Shown piece after piece: positions 11,642-23,834 of a stretch of DNA of 35,507 bases. Position numbers and translations under genes: made by a program. The stretch spans positions 1 through 35,507 of the forward strand of contig NW_021832917.1 in NCBI RefSeq assembly GCF_006345805.1, written 5' to 3'. This stretch comes from Octopus sinensis (lineage: Eukaryota). The notes below the pieces were generated by a model, which did no database searches, was not told the DNA's origin, and worked only from the letters and a program-made list of their open reading frames with translations. Numbering within the stretch: the first letter of the stretch is position 1; each line of letters starts with the position of its first letter.

Positions 11642-13031
11642 CCGCCTCAGAGGAAATGACAATATAGAGCAGAGGAGTCGCCCAGATGGCAACTAATTTT
11701 ATCTAATTGAAAATAACGAACTGTTTACGTCGCCTTCGCCTCTTCCATTGTTTTTGTTATTCTTTTTATTCGTTTTTAGAGAGTAGAACGGTGTTTGTCT
11801 GTGCTAAATATTGATATTGACATTGATGATATCGATGATGATGCTGATGGCTACTGGTGGTGGTTGTAACAACGTTGATGGTTATTTGTTTATTGATTAT
11901 AGCATTTGTTTTCCTTGTTTGTTTGTTTGTTTGTGTGCTCTGTGGTTAGCAATGTCGTCACTGGTCGTGTGGCCCCGGTCGTTGTTAACTGAACATCAGT
12001 TGTTGTATTAGTTCCATTGTTTTCCTTACTATGTACACATGCGCTATTTCATTTGAACGAAGTCTCATGCAAGATTTTTGTTGCTACTATTGTAATTGTT
12101 GTTGTTGTTGTACTTGTTGTTGTTGTTGTTGTCATCGACTGATGACAACGAAAATGATGATGGTGGTGTGTGGGTGGGGTGGCGAAGGATTTTGTTTCGT
12201 CATCATTTTCCTCCCTTTTTGTCTTTCATCTAATCAAAGGATCCGCAGAGAATAGACAGTGGCAGAACGTTAACAGAGCGTTTAGTATTAAACCAGATTA
12301 AAAATATGTTTTACTCTTTATTTATATGAGATACTTTCAAGAAACAAAACGCACACATACACGCAACACTCCACACACACACACACTCCACACACACAAC
12401 ATTCCATAATTTAAATTCAATTCCCGCACGAAATTGAATTAATTTTATTCTCCATCCCTTCTTTGTTGGTGAAATAGATACCTGTAACATAATAAGGTTT
12501 ATGCTATATGTTTTCTTTAACAAAAGAAAATATCAGGTACATCGATATTATTTGTCATTCGTTTCACTGATATGACTGGGTTATTTCTTCTTTAAGTATA
12601 AGTTTCAATTCTGAGTCAATGGGGAGAGAGTTACAACTAGAGGAAATCTCCAAGCGCTTTAAATGCACATGTCTCCGATATTCAAGCGGCTGAAAAGTGT
12701 GAGCAGAAGGACATCTAGGAGTCATGACCTGGATGCGACGCCCCTCCTTCCACCTTTAGAATGTAAGAAGTTAAGGGCCGAAACACTTGTCTAAGAGAAG
12801 TTTTTTTCCCTGCAGATCTTCTGTTCAGCTCTCTTGAGAGTTTTTTGCCACTCGATTCCGGCGATGAAGACAATTGGGATATTAAATCAAAATATAAAGA
12901 GCCGTAACTAAAGCTAGGAAGGATTTTACTCGATTTTCAACAATTCTATAAATCCGGAGGCCTTAATATCGATATCTATATCTATATCTATAAAAAAACA
13001 GGATGTGTGTGTGTGTGGTGTGTGTGTGTGT

Positions 13032-13070
<39 letters not shown>

Positions 13071-13748
13071 ACGTGAATGTACTTTATGCACGTCCACAAA
13101 TTAGCATGCATGTCGTTCTAATTTTAAGAGAACATTGGTCATGACAATGGCTGTGATTTTGTCAACTTATTTTTCCCGAGGCACCACCGGATAGCAGTAA
13201 AAATAGCTTTTCAACCATAACTTTTACCAGTTTTCACATCAGTGAAATCCGTAAGTTTGCTAACATGAGTTAAATCCCTTGTCTATAAGATTAATCTATA
13301 AGATTAATTCACCCTACTACAATGCCTCTGAAAAAAATTAGATTTGGACTACCTAAGCAATCTCAGCGTAGGGAAAGAGAAAGAGCTGAAGAGACTGACA
13401 ATCAGCAGACCCTAGTAAAATATTAAAACATTTTGGGCCGAAACCTGGCAATAAGTGCTTGCGGATATTCCACTATAAAACATTTAATATCGAAGCAGTA
13501 ACTTTCATAAATCAGGGTATAATTTTTGAAGACTCATAAAGAACCCAGTCAACGACGGTTACATATATATATAATTGCGTGTGATTTGATCAGCACTACT
13601 CCGCCAAAATACAATCTGAAAGTTTTTAACAATGTTACGAAGTATTATTTGCCCAAGTTTATACGCCCAAAATGTACAGGTGTAAACATATATTATCCTA
13701 TTTTCAGTTTACCAATCTTTGTAAACATAACGCTCGTACATATATACA

Positions 13749-13793
<45 letters not shown>

Positions 13794-14054
13794 GTAATTA
13801 TTTGGATCTTGAGTATATGGTTAATAGTATGCCGATCAAAGGATTAAAGCACTTTCACTACCTTATGTCATGCAGCTGATGCAGCTGAAGATACGATAGT
13901 TTGGCCAAAAGAACCGGCTATTGCAAGCAAAAATAAATATTGAAAAAAAACCGCATGTGGCCAAATTTGGACATATAACAGTTTAACATAATAGCAAAGA
14001 TACATATATGTCTGTGTGTGTGTCTTTGTGTGTGTGTGTGTGTGTGTGTGTGCA

Positions 14055-14850
14055 TCTACTGAATATGTGGAAAATTCTGTTTGTGAGTGTGTTTGTGGAG
14101 TTTTAGCGAACTCCTCCCACATCGTTTTATCGAACTCCTACATCGTTTTATCGATTTTGATGAAACTTGACAAGTGAGTAGAATTCAGGTCTGGAAACCT
14201 CATGGTATACTCAAATTGTTGAAAACATCGATAATAGGGCCCCCTGGAAGGGATCCTTATATATATCTAATACATTTTTATTTTACGAACCAAGGAAAAT
14301 AACCCATTCGCCCCTTGAAGGGAGCCTTATATTTAAACAAGTAAATAGTATTTTCCTAAACAATAAATCCACTTATTTCGGTTAGTGACTTATTAACGAA
14401 TGTACCAACGTTAGCGCCTCTGAGGATAATATTCTCTGGGAACGCACAAAAAGCCTTTTTCCAGAGTTATTTACTTTGAATTGTTATTATCTCATATCTG
14501 ATTAACCTGTTATTACGTAACATGCTTCACCATTTTAGTATACATACCTTATTAGTATTTCCTCCTATGTTCTATGTACTCTGGGAACGCATTAAAGCCC
14601 TTTTCGGGGCTACTTTATTTGAATTTTTACTATCGGGTAACTAACTTCACAACTTGGGTATTCATAACTTTTTGGGAATTCCTAAAAGCAAGATCCTGTG
14701 TAAGACAGTTCGGTATTCTCTGTAAATGAACAAAAGCCGTTTTAAGAGCTACATACTTTGTATTGTTGTTATTGGATTAGCGAAACACTTATGAAAGCAG
14801 AACCAAGGGAAAAGCCCCACTTTCCCGCGAATTACCGGTACGTCAGCTAG
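14055..14850 (+). mobile_element. Non-autonomous Helitron-like element
   Basis: Canonical boundaries A|TCTACTG (14054/55) and cgtcagCTAG|T (14847-51), with a degenerate GC-rich hairpin cccgcgaattaccgg just upstream of CTAG. Confidence 0.65.
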
Positions 14851-14879
14851 TATATATATATATATAATATATATAATAT

Positions 14880-14955
<76 letters not shown>

Positions 14956-14967
14956 ATATATTATATA

Positions 14968-16617
14968 CTAGCAGATCGCCGGGTTGCTCGGGTTGTTTCA
15001 ACCCGCTGGAATTGTAATTTTGAAAAGTAAAAATTTTGTGAACATTTTTCTGGTCGAAATACACCGAAAAGTGGCGACACAGCACAGTGAAAAAATCGTT
15101 AAAAAATAGGGATTTCATAGAAAAAGCATCTTTTTGATTGTAAATAATTTTTGGTGTTAACATGGTCCGATTTGAATTTTATGTTCTACGGAAGGAAGAG
15201 CAACCCTTCTTCTACCATACTCTCAATTTTGGTCAACTTGCGCCGCAGGGTCTCGGAGGAGATAGTGTTAGTTGAAGGTTACCATTCTAGGTGCCTGAGT
15301 AACAACCTCGCGGATTTACAAATAAATGATTAATTACTATTTTACAGAATAAACTTAAATAATTCTTGAAAATTAATTAATATTAATATTTTTTGAACAA
15401 AGTAAATAATTTTTAAAACTTAAATAATTTTTTTTACACAAACGCGAACGGGGAAAAGGGGGTGGCGAATTCGATTTACATACCTAAATTTTTCTTTTTC
15501 ATGACATTGTAGCAAAATAGTAGTGAATTATATAAATACCAGCAGTACATTTTTTTTCTGGGGTATTTTTTTCAACCTCGTCACATATTTGCCCCTTTCA
15601 ATTTAAACAAAGTCTTAATTAAGCAATTACGGCAGCTTAGCAATGTTTCAATACAGGCGTGACATCTGTATCTCAATTGTTCAAAAACCCTTCGAATTTT
15701 CGCACGTGATGATATCATAGTGAAAACTTTCAATTACGCGCGCTTAGAAGTACGCTCGCAAATTAATACTACCAAAATTTGAAGTTCGCGCTCCGCTTGT
15801 GTGTGTGTGTGTGTGTGCGTGCTTTAGGTGTACGTAGGTATGTGTTTTTGTGTGTGTGTGTCACTGAAGCCATACATACATATATACATACATAACCTCT
15901 CTCTCTCTTTTCTCTCTCAGTCACTCACTACAAAAAGTGAATAAAAAAAGTTCAGTTATTTCTGTCTTCACTCTGTCTGTCTCTTACACACACTAACAAA
16001 AGCACTTCACTTACACACCACACTTTCGTGTCGCACAAACCCATCAAACACACACACACACACACACACTCACGCACGCACACATGTACATCAATGCTTT
16101 CGGAGTGAAATGTTAAAATATTGAGTTTTCTCGAATTTTGTCTTAATGGGGGGGTGAAATTGAAAGAATATATTATGGCATGACCGATGGAGTACTTTGA
16201 AAAATCTTAGGTAAACTCTATTGAAGAAATTGGGTGAGGAGTAAATCGTATGTATTTATTTGTTTCTGTTTGCTTGTGTTTTTTTATTTTTTGAGTAGTG
16301 GTTTAAATACTTTCAGTTTTAGTCTTCCTCAAATCACTCTGTCGCTATTTACTTTCATTTTTATTCGTTGCACACTGTGTGTGTGCGGTGCGTGTGGTGG
16401 TAAACCACATTAAGAAAAGCATTTGACATACACACCAGAATGTGAGTTTCTGTAAATTTGCTTAATTGGAGTTTGAATTTTAAAAACTGGACCTGGCATG
16501 ACCCGATGCATTCTACTCTTAAAAATGCTAGGTAAATTGTAATTGAAGAAATCCTATATTGTAGATTTCTATAAGTTACAAAGGAGGCAGATAAAATCTG
16601 CCTTTTTATATAAGAGA
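14968..16617 (-). mobile_element. Non-autonomous Helitron-like element (possibly composite)
   Basis: Minus strand starts A|TCTCTTATATAAAAAGGCAGAT at 16617 and ends CTAG|T at 14968, with subterminal ccg-ggttgct-cgg hairpin; internal diverged duplication at about 16177-16230 and 16495-16553; hairpin aggcagat-aaa-atctgcct at 16585-16603. Confidence 0.55.
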
Positions 16618-16633
16618 TATAATATATTTATGT

Positions 16634-16687
<54 letters not shown>

Positions 16688-16715
16688 AAAAAGGAGATGT
16701 CGAACACGAGTGGTG

Positions 16716-16906
16716 ATATATAAAAAAGGAAATGAAGAAAATGCTGACAATAATTGAAGTAATTTAAGTAATTTAATTAGGTGAAAGTTCTTTTACCGGT
16801 TGCGCATTTTACCGGTTGCGCATAACAAATGCGCAACCGGTAAAAAGAACTTTCACCTAATTAAATTACTTAAATTACTTCAATTATTTGTCAGCATTCT
16901 TCATTT

Positions 16907-16920
<14 letters not shown>
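16716..16920. repeat. Near-perfect long palindrome, ~94-bp arms
   Basis: Arms 16716-16809 and 16827-16920 differ only by small homopolymer indels; the spacer is a tandem copy of the arm tip (accggttgcgcat). Confidence 0.95.
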
Positions 16921-16975
<55 letters not shown>

Positions 16976-17045
16976 ACATATATACATATATATATATATA
17001 TATATTTCTGAAAATTCGTGTGTGTGGTAAAAGTATATATATATA

Positions 17046-17091
<46 letters not shown>

Positions 17092-17142
17092 TTATATAAA
17101 TACATACATACATACATATATGTATGTGTATATATATATATA

Positions 17143-18060
17143 CTAGCTGACGTACCTCCCAACCCGGCTCGGTCCCTGCTCCCGCCCACGTTGCCGCACT
17201 TGCCCTTACCTCTCCAACACCACCCTCCTCACTAGCAACCATCATAGACCTTTCGCATCATCAACCCCTTCACCTGCACCTCCAGCAATATTATCTATTG
17301 CGTCTCTTGCTCTCTCTGCCATTCCTTGTACACGGACAAACGGGACGCCGCTTGCTGACCGGTTCGCGGAAACACCTTCGTGACATCCACCTTGCGAACG
17401 ACACACCGGTCTCACGCCATTTCCGCTCCACCGGTCACTCCTTGCAACACCTGTCTGTGTTCGGTTTGTCCTTACCACAGAGGCCATCGGGTCCCGTTTG
17501 CACCGTGAACAGGAATTAATCTTCTCTCTTCGCTCTTATACGCAATTTGGTCTCAACTCTCCCCCCTCCTCAACTAACCCCTCCCTTCCCCCCTCCTCAC
17601 CTACCTTACCCCCGACCCCTACTTCTCTTCAGTCCTTCATCCTTTCACCCCTACTCCCCTTCCCCTTCCCTCTTTCTCCCTCCCTCCTTCCCTCTTCCAC
17701 TTCCCTCTGCTCCCTCACTCCCCTTCTCTCTCCCCTCTCCCTCTTTCCTCCTCCTCCTCCCCTCCTCTCCCCCTTCCTTCCCCCCTCCTCCCCCCTCCCC
17801 TATCTCCCACCCCTCTCCCCTCCCCCTCTTCTCCTCTCTCCACACTACACCACACGACTTTACACATCACATCATATATACATACACACGTCCAGACCTC
17901 TCATACGCACTAATACTCTCTCACACACACACCCTTAAGTTGGAGTAGGTCATTCAACCCTATTATCTCCCCTAATTTCGCTCTCGCGTCTCATATTTGA
18001 TCTTTGATTTCTGGCCAAAATCAGATCGCCATGTTGATTCGTTAGTTACTGCACGCATAT
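17143..18060 (-). mobile_element. Helitron-like 3' terminus with adjoining Penelope-derived sequence; far boundary uncertain
   Basis: actagctgacgtacc (17142-17156) is the exact reverse complement of 14837-14851, the CTAG end of the first Helitron-like element. Confidence 0.4.
17248..17557 (+). pseudogene. Penelope-like element GIY-YIG endonuclease fragment (frameshifted)
   Basis: Joined translation [73 protein letters not shown]...HREQELIFSLRSYTQFGLN matches the PLE endonuclease pattern (IY..C..C..LYIGxT.R.L..RF.EH, Cys/His motif, EQ.LI..L....GLN). Confidence 0.88.
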
Positions 18061-18101
18061 TTTTTTCTCTCCTTCTTTCTGTGTTTTTTTTTCTCTGTGT
18101 A

Positions 18102-18139
18102 TCTTTCTGTTGAAGAGCGTAGGCTCGAAACGTTAAAGA
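18102..18139 (+). ncRNA. Minimal type-I hammerhead ribozyme variant
   Basis: Stem I TCTTT(18102-06)/AAAGA(18135-39), core CTGTTGA (A6>U), extra A, stem II GAGC-GTAG-GCTC, GAA-ACGT-T (GUU triplet). Confidence 0.65.
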
Positions 18140-18251
18140 CTTGTTTTATTTATATTTCCTGAGCGCCATACTAATACAATTGTTTGTTGTTTTCCACCTG
18201 CCTTCGTCTTTTGTCTATTTTCATAAAGCTTCCCGTTAAATATATAATATG

Positions 18252-18384
<133 letters not shown>

Positions 18385-18569
18385 ATAATTATATATATAT
18401 ATTATTATATATATATATATTATATAAATACATATATATATATATATATATTTTGTGTGTGTGTGTGTGTATGTATATGTATGTATATCTGAGAACGTTA
18501 TCAGAAACGATTGGTAGAACGGCCGAAACGCTGTAGCACTTATAAACACGATGACCGCATCAGTCTGGA

Positions 18570-18690
18570 TATGTGGATTTCAAATTCTGGCGCAAGGCCA
18601 GCAATTTCAGACGAGGAGGTAAGTCGATTACCTCGATTCCAGTGGTCAAGTATATAATAAAGATAGTTCCTCTTCTCGAATTCAGGGAGA
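18570..18690 (-). mobile_element. tRNA-SINE family B 3' fragment
   Basis: Reverse complement cactggaatcgaggtaatcgacttacc...gaaattgctggccttgcgccagaatttgaaa matches the family B tail. Confidence 0.7.
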
Positions 18691-18949
18691 GTAGTTTTGG
18701 AGGAAGAAAGACTAATTGTAAAACAATGAGTAGAATACAGTTCTGGAATTAGAAAAGAGAGCAATAAATGAAAGATGAGTATGAAAGACGAAAGAAGAAA
18801 AGGTAAGAAGATCGGTAGGTGGGTGTATGGATGGGTGGATGGATGGATGGATGGATTTATCCAGGTTAATCGATAGATAGGTAGATATATTATTTGATTT
18901 ATTAGTTGATGTATAGATAAGTAGATAAACCAATAGGTGAATAGATTGA

Positions 18950-19061
18950 AAGTTGGAGAGATAGAGACATAGAGAGATAGAGAGAGATAGAGAGACAGAT
19001 AGGTACATAGGATAGATAGATAGATAGATAGATATAGATAGATAGATAGATAGATAGATAG

Positions 19062-19105
<44 letters not shown>

Positions 19106-19307
19106 GATAGATAGATAGATAGTAGATAGATAGATGATAGATGGATAGATAGATAGATAGTATTGATGATTGATGATTGATGAGATAGTAGATTGACTGA
19201 TGATTGATAGACAGACAGGCAAGAGCAGATGAGATAGATAGATAGATACATTGATAGATAGTATAGATAGATAGACAGAGACTGATTGATGGATTGATAG
19301 ATAGATA

Positions 19308-19356
<49 letters not shown>

Positions 19357-19440
19357 GTTGATTGGTTGATTGATTGATTTGATAAATAGATAGATAGATA
19401 AATAGATAGATAGTTAGATAGATAGATAGATAGATAACCA
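18950..19440. repeat. Compound (GATA)n/(GATT)n microsatellite
   Basis: Degenerate tetranucleotide arrays; source of the 335-aa minus ORF. Confidence 0.95.
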
Positions 19441-19862
19441 TATTTAAGAGAAAGAAACAAACAAACAAAAATCGAAAGCAAGTAAGGGAAATCCATTGGT
19501 TGGGAAATAAAAGACAGACAGACAGACAAGCATGCAAACAAACACACACGCAGAAGGAAAAAGGGGATGAAAAAGACATTAGGAAGGAGTTAATGAAGGA
19601 AAGAGGGTTGTGTCGGTATCGTTGATAATGGCGGGAGAATAGAGAACGCTAAACAACAGCAACAACAATCATTCAGTGTAGTGTAAGGTGACAATGGTGG
19701 TGGCGGTGGTGGTGGTTGTGGCAGTGGTGGTTATGGTGTGGTAGTCGTCATCGTGGCAGTGGAGAAGAAAATTCTGTACTTAAGGTAGTTGTAGTCATGG
19801 ATGTAGTAGCGGTGGTGTATATATATATAATATATATATATATATTATATATATATGTATGT

Positions 19863-19961
<99 letters not shown>

Positions 19962-20509
19962 TGTGTGTATAATATGGGGGTAGTGTGCAGCGATCGTGGC
20001 TGTGATGGTTGTAGTATTCGCGTGTTGTGTGTGTGTGTGCGTATGTGTGTGCGCGCGTGTTACTTTTGGCATGGTGATAGTGGAAATGGTAGCAATGGTA
20101 TTAGTGGTATAGTGGTGATCTTAGGGTACTGTATATGTGTTGTTTTTGGTGGTGGTGGTAGTGGTGGTGTTGGACATGGCAGTAATATGTGTGATACTCA
20201 ATGTGTGTGTGTGCGTGTGCGCGTGTGTGTATGTGTATGTATGGCAGTAATGGTGGTGGCGGTGGCTTTGGTGGTGGTGAGAGAAAGCGGTAAATAGCTC
20301 AAGTTAAAAGTAGCGAGGCTCAAGGCAGGGAACCGTGCTTGATAAATAGCTATTTAAGAAGGCATCGAATGTCACTAATTAAGATCCATCGTGTTCTGAT
20401 GACAATGGCAGTTCTGGTGGAAGAGACGGCACTGCAATGATTCTCAACACTTTATGGCTGTTTGTTGCTTTGTTGGTTAGCAGTGGATGTGAGGGGGTGT
20501 TGGCTGAAT

Positions 20510-21170
20510 GTTGTTGTTGTTTAACCCCAGGTCAAGCCTTCATCGAGCAGTCCTGTGATCAAAGCCTCGATTTTTTTTTCTTTGTTTTCTAGTTTGACCA
20601 ATCCGTTTCTTTCTTCTTAACCAAAGTGTGATGTGTGATTTTGTTTTCTCTTTAAGACTTCACTCTGATTTGAGAGAAATTTGGCTTCTATTTCTAGCAC
20701 GACGTGTGACTACCGAAAGGCTCTCTCGTTGATTCGTATTGTGTCCTTTAACCCCCAGCTCTAACCTTCCTATGATCATAACCACTATTTTTTTCTTTGT
20801 AGTTTTGACCATATTAGCCTTTGCCTTTTATGTGTTGGGATTTGAGAAACATATACAAGATGCTTGATTTTTTTTTCCCTTTTCTTTTTTGTATGATTGC
20901 AGAGTCTGATTTCAGCGAAATTTGGTTTCTATTTCTAGCATGATGCATGACCACAAAGAAGTTTTTTAGTTGCTTCGTGTTGTTAGTGTTCTTTAAGAAT
21001 GCAGGGTCTGATTTGACAAAAGTTTAGTTTCTATTTCTAACAAGATGTGTGGCCACAGAGAGATTCTCTTATTGATATATGTTGTTCTTCTTTAACCCCA
21101 GGTCAGTCCGTCATTGAGCAGCGATTTGATCAAAATCACTATTTTTTCTTTACAGTTTTTCTCTATGTAC
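20510..21170 (+). repeat. Old degenerate tandem/nested repeat array
   Basis: tttaacccc(c)ag at 20520, 20747 and 21091; ctgattt...tctatttcta blocks near 20666-20697, 20906-20940 and 21008-21040. Confidence 0.7.
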
Positions 21171-21182
21171 ATCATACATATA

Positions 21183-21580
21183 GGCGCATGAGTGGCTGTG
21201 TGGTGAGTAGCTTGCTAGCCAACCACATGGTTCCGGGTTCAGTCCCACTGCGTGGCATCTTGGGCAAGTGTCTTCTGCTATAGCCTCGGGCCGACCAATG
21301 CCTTGTGAGTGGATTTGGTAGACGGAAACTGAAAGAAGCCTGTCGTATATGTATATATATATATGTGTGGTGTGTGTGTTGTGTGTCTGTGTTTGTCCCC
21401 CTAGCATTACTTGACAACCGATGCTGGGTGTTTACGTCCCCGTCACTTAGCGGTTCGGCAAAAGAGACCGATAGAATAAGTACTGGGCTTACAAAGAATA
21501 AGTCTCGGGGTCGATTTGCTCGAGTAAAGGCGGTGCTCCAACATGGCCGCAGTCAAATGACTGAAACAAATAAAAGAGAA
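21183..21580 (+). mobile_element. tRNA-SINE family A, full length
   Basis: A box, B box gggttcagtcc, cttgggcaagtg central motif, internal TA/GT microsatellite, tail ending gactgaaacaaataaaagag. Confidence 0.92.
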
Positions 21581-21733
21581 AAGAGAGAGAGATACCGTCT
21601 TAAACGAAAAGACTACGTTGGATAATGCAGTCTTGGATTTCTAGTCCGTGGGGAAAAGATAGGATTGCTACAACTAGAATAACATTTGATTAGTATAAGT
21701 TTGCTCGATCAGGGATGAATAACAGCAGCTAGT

Positions 21734-22100
21734 GGAGGCGCAATGGCCCAGTGGTTAGGGCAGCGGACTCGCGGTCGGAGGATTACGGTTTCGATTACCA
21801 AACCGGGCGTTGTGTGTGTTTATTGAGCGAAAACACCTAAAGTTCCACGAGGCTCCGGCAGGGCGTGGTGGCGACCCCTGTTGTACTCTTTCGCTCCAAC
21901 TTTTTCTCAGTCTTTCTTCCTGTTTCTTGTCCCCGACTTCCTACGCAACCGATGAGCCTGGATGCGCATTCATCCATCCGTCGATGCTCTCGGTGTCGGG
22001 GGTCGACCTGCTTTCTCTTCTGCGGGTCTTACGAATAGCAAAGGACCACGTTTCGGACTTCTCCCACTACAGAGGCGCGGAGCAGTAGCTATACTGTCTG
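21734..22100 (+). mobile_element. tRNA-SINE family D
   Basis: tggcccagtggttagggcagcggactcgcggtcggaggattacggtttcgattacc tRNA-like head, then tttattgagcgaaaacac central-domain-like motif. Confidence 0.75.
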
Positions 22101-22459
22101 TGTTAGGGTCGTGCATTGTCAGACAATGAACAGATTGCACCACCCTAAGGAAGATGCAGAATACCTTTACTTATGTATGACCACTGGCATACTCTCTCGT
22201 TGTTTTGTATAGCTGCTGGTACCAGTTACGCACTGGAGTCGATGTAATGTATGGTGGTGGTGGTGGTGGTAGTGGTGGTTGTAGTGGTGATGAGGTGGAG
22301 GAGCAAGTCAATTGCATCGACTCCAATTCTTGGCTGTTATTCATTTTATCAACCCCACGCACCAAAACATTGTCAGCCGAATTCAGTGGAATTTCAGAGC
22401 GTAAAGAAGACCCAGAAGGAATGCCTCTAAGTCGTACAAAAGGAAAAGATTACCAACAT

Positions 22460-22600
22460 TTCTTCTGGCTCTTTACATTCTGAATTCCAATACCGCCGAT
22501 GTTGACTTTGCCTTTCGACCACTCGAATCGATAAAATATGTACCAATGATGTACTGGCCTTCATGAAATCGACTACCTTCCTCCCCACATATTGCAGGCT
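22460..22600 (+). mobile_element. tRNA-SINE family B, diverged fragment
   Basis: accgccgatgttgactttgcctttc...tcgataaaatatgtacca...aatcgactacc. Confidence 0.7.
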
Positions 22601-22919
22601 CCCTGTCTATAGCAAAAATAATAATTATTATTGTTGCTGTCGCTGTTGTTGTTAAAGGCCGTCCGCAGCAGTAACTGTTGCGTGGCAGACATATTGTGCC
22701 TAACTTAAAATTTCGTGTTATTATCGAAGTTGTCACTGTTATTGGTCTATACATAGTTGTTATAGCGGTGGTTATTGTCAATCATCGTAAGCGTTATTGT
22801 TTTCCTATAACCGTTAATGATGTGACGAGGATTTAGAATCATTCTTGGTTCGCACACTACGTTGTGCTCTATTTTGTTTTCCTGTATAATACACATACAC
22901 ACACGCATATAGACATACA

Positions 22920-22982
<63 letters not shown>

Positions 22983-23072
22983 ATTTTATTTTTATTTTTA
23001 TCTAGTTTCAGCTCACGAGCTGTGGCCATGCTGGGCACCGCCATATATATATATAAATATATATATATATAA

Positions 23073-23118
<46 letters not shown>

Positions 23119-23151
23119 TATACATATATATATTACATATATATATATATA

Positions 23152-23194
<43 letters not shown>

Positions 23195-23226
23195 TATATG
23201 TATAATACACACATATATATATGCTA

Positions 23227-23259
<33 letters not shown>

Positions 23260-23300
23260 GTATATATACAAATAAATATATTTATATATATATATGTATG

Positions 23301-23331
<31 letters not shown>

Positions 23332-23422
23332 CATACATATATATTATATATATATTTATATGTATATATACATATTATATATATATGTATATATATATAT
23401 AGATATATTATATATTATATAG

Positions 23423-23453
<31 letters not shown>

Positions 23454-23803
23454 GCATATATATGTGCTAAGTGTATGTACATTATACATGTACCTATATG
23501 TAGGTATATATGCGTGTGTGTGAATGCATAGTATATAGCCACGTAAACATGCATACATACGTACAGTTGCATATTTATATCTATATTTATGCATATTCAT
23601 ACATGCGCATATAAACATATATGAATACATGTGTATGTACATGTATGTGCCTTTATATATGTGTATGTATATATATATATATGTGTGTGTTTATACACAT
23701 GCACGCACACATACCACACACACATACAACACACATAGACAGATATATATGCATATATATGTATATGTATATTCTATGCATGTGTATATATATATATATA
23801 TTC

Positions 23804-23834
<31 letters not shown>

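Noticed and set aside
12139-12160. CTGATGA-caac-GAAA
   Set aside because: No stems; part of GAT-rich low-complexity sequence.
12755-12797. Hammerhead-like GAAAC-ACTT-GTC
   Set aside because: No recognisable CUGANGA core or stem II; stem I out of register.
13383-13452. CTGAAGA...GAAACCTGG hammerhead-like spacing
   Set aside because: Stem I does not pair, U16.1 is absent and stem II is mismatched.
18489-18539. CTGAGA...CGTT/AACG...GAAAC-GCT-GTA possible hammerhead relic
   Set aside because: Core is incomplete and the 5' strand of stem I is missing; cannot be separated from chance.
18540-19547. 335-aa minus ORF, and the many other ORF-track ORFs rich in YI, VC, HT, LS or YLSI
   Set aside because: Translations of TA, GT, CATA, GA and GATA microsatellites; no domain content.
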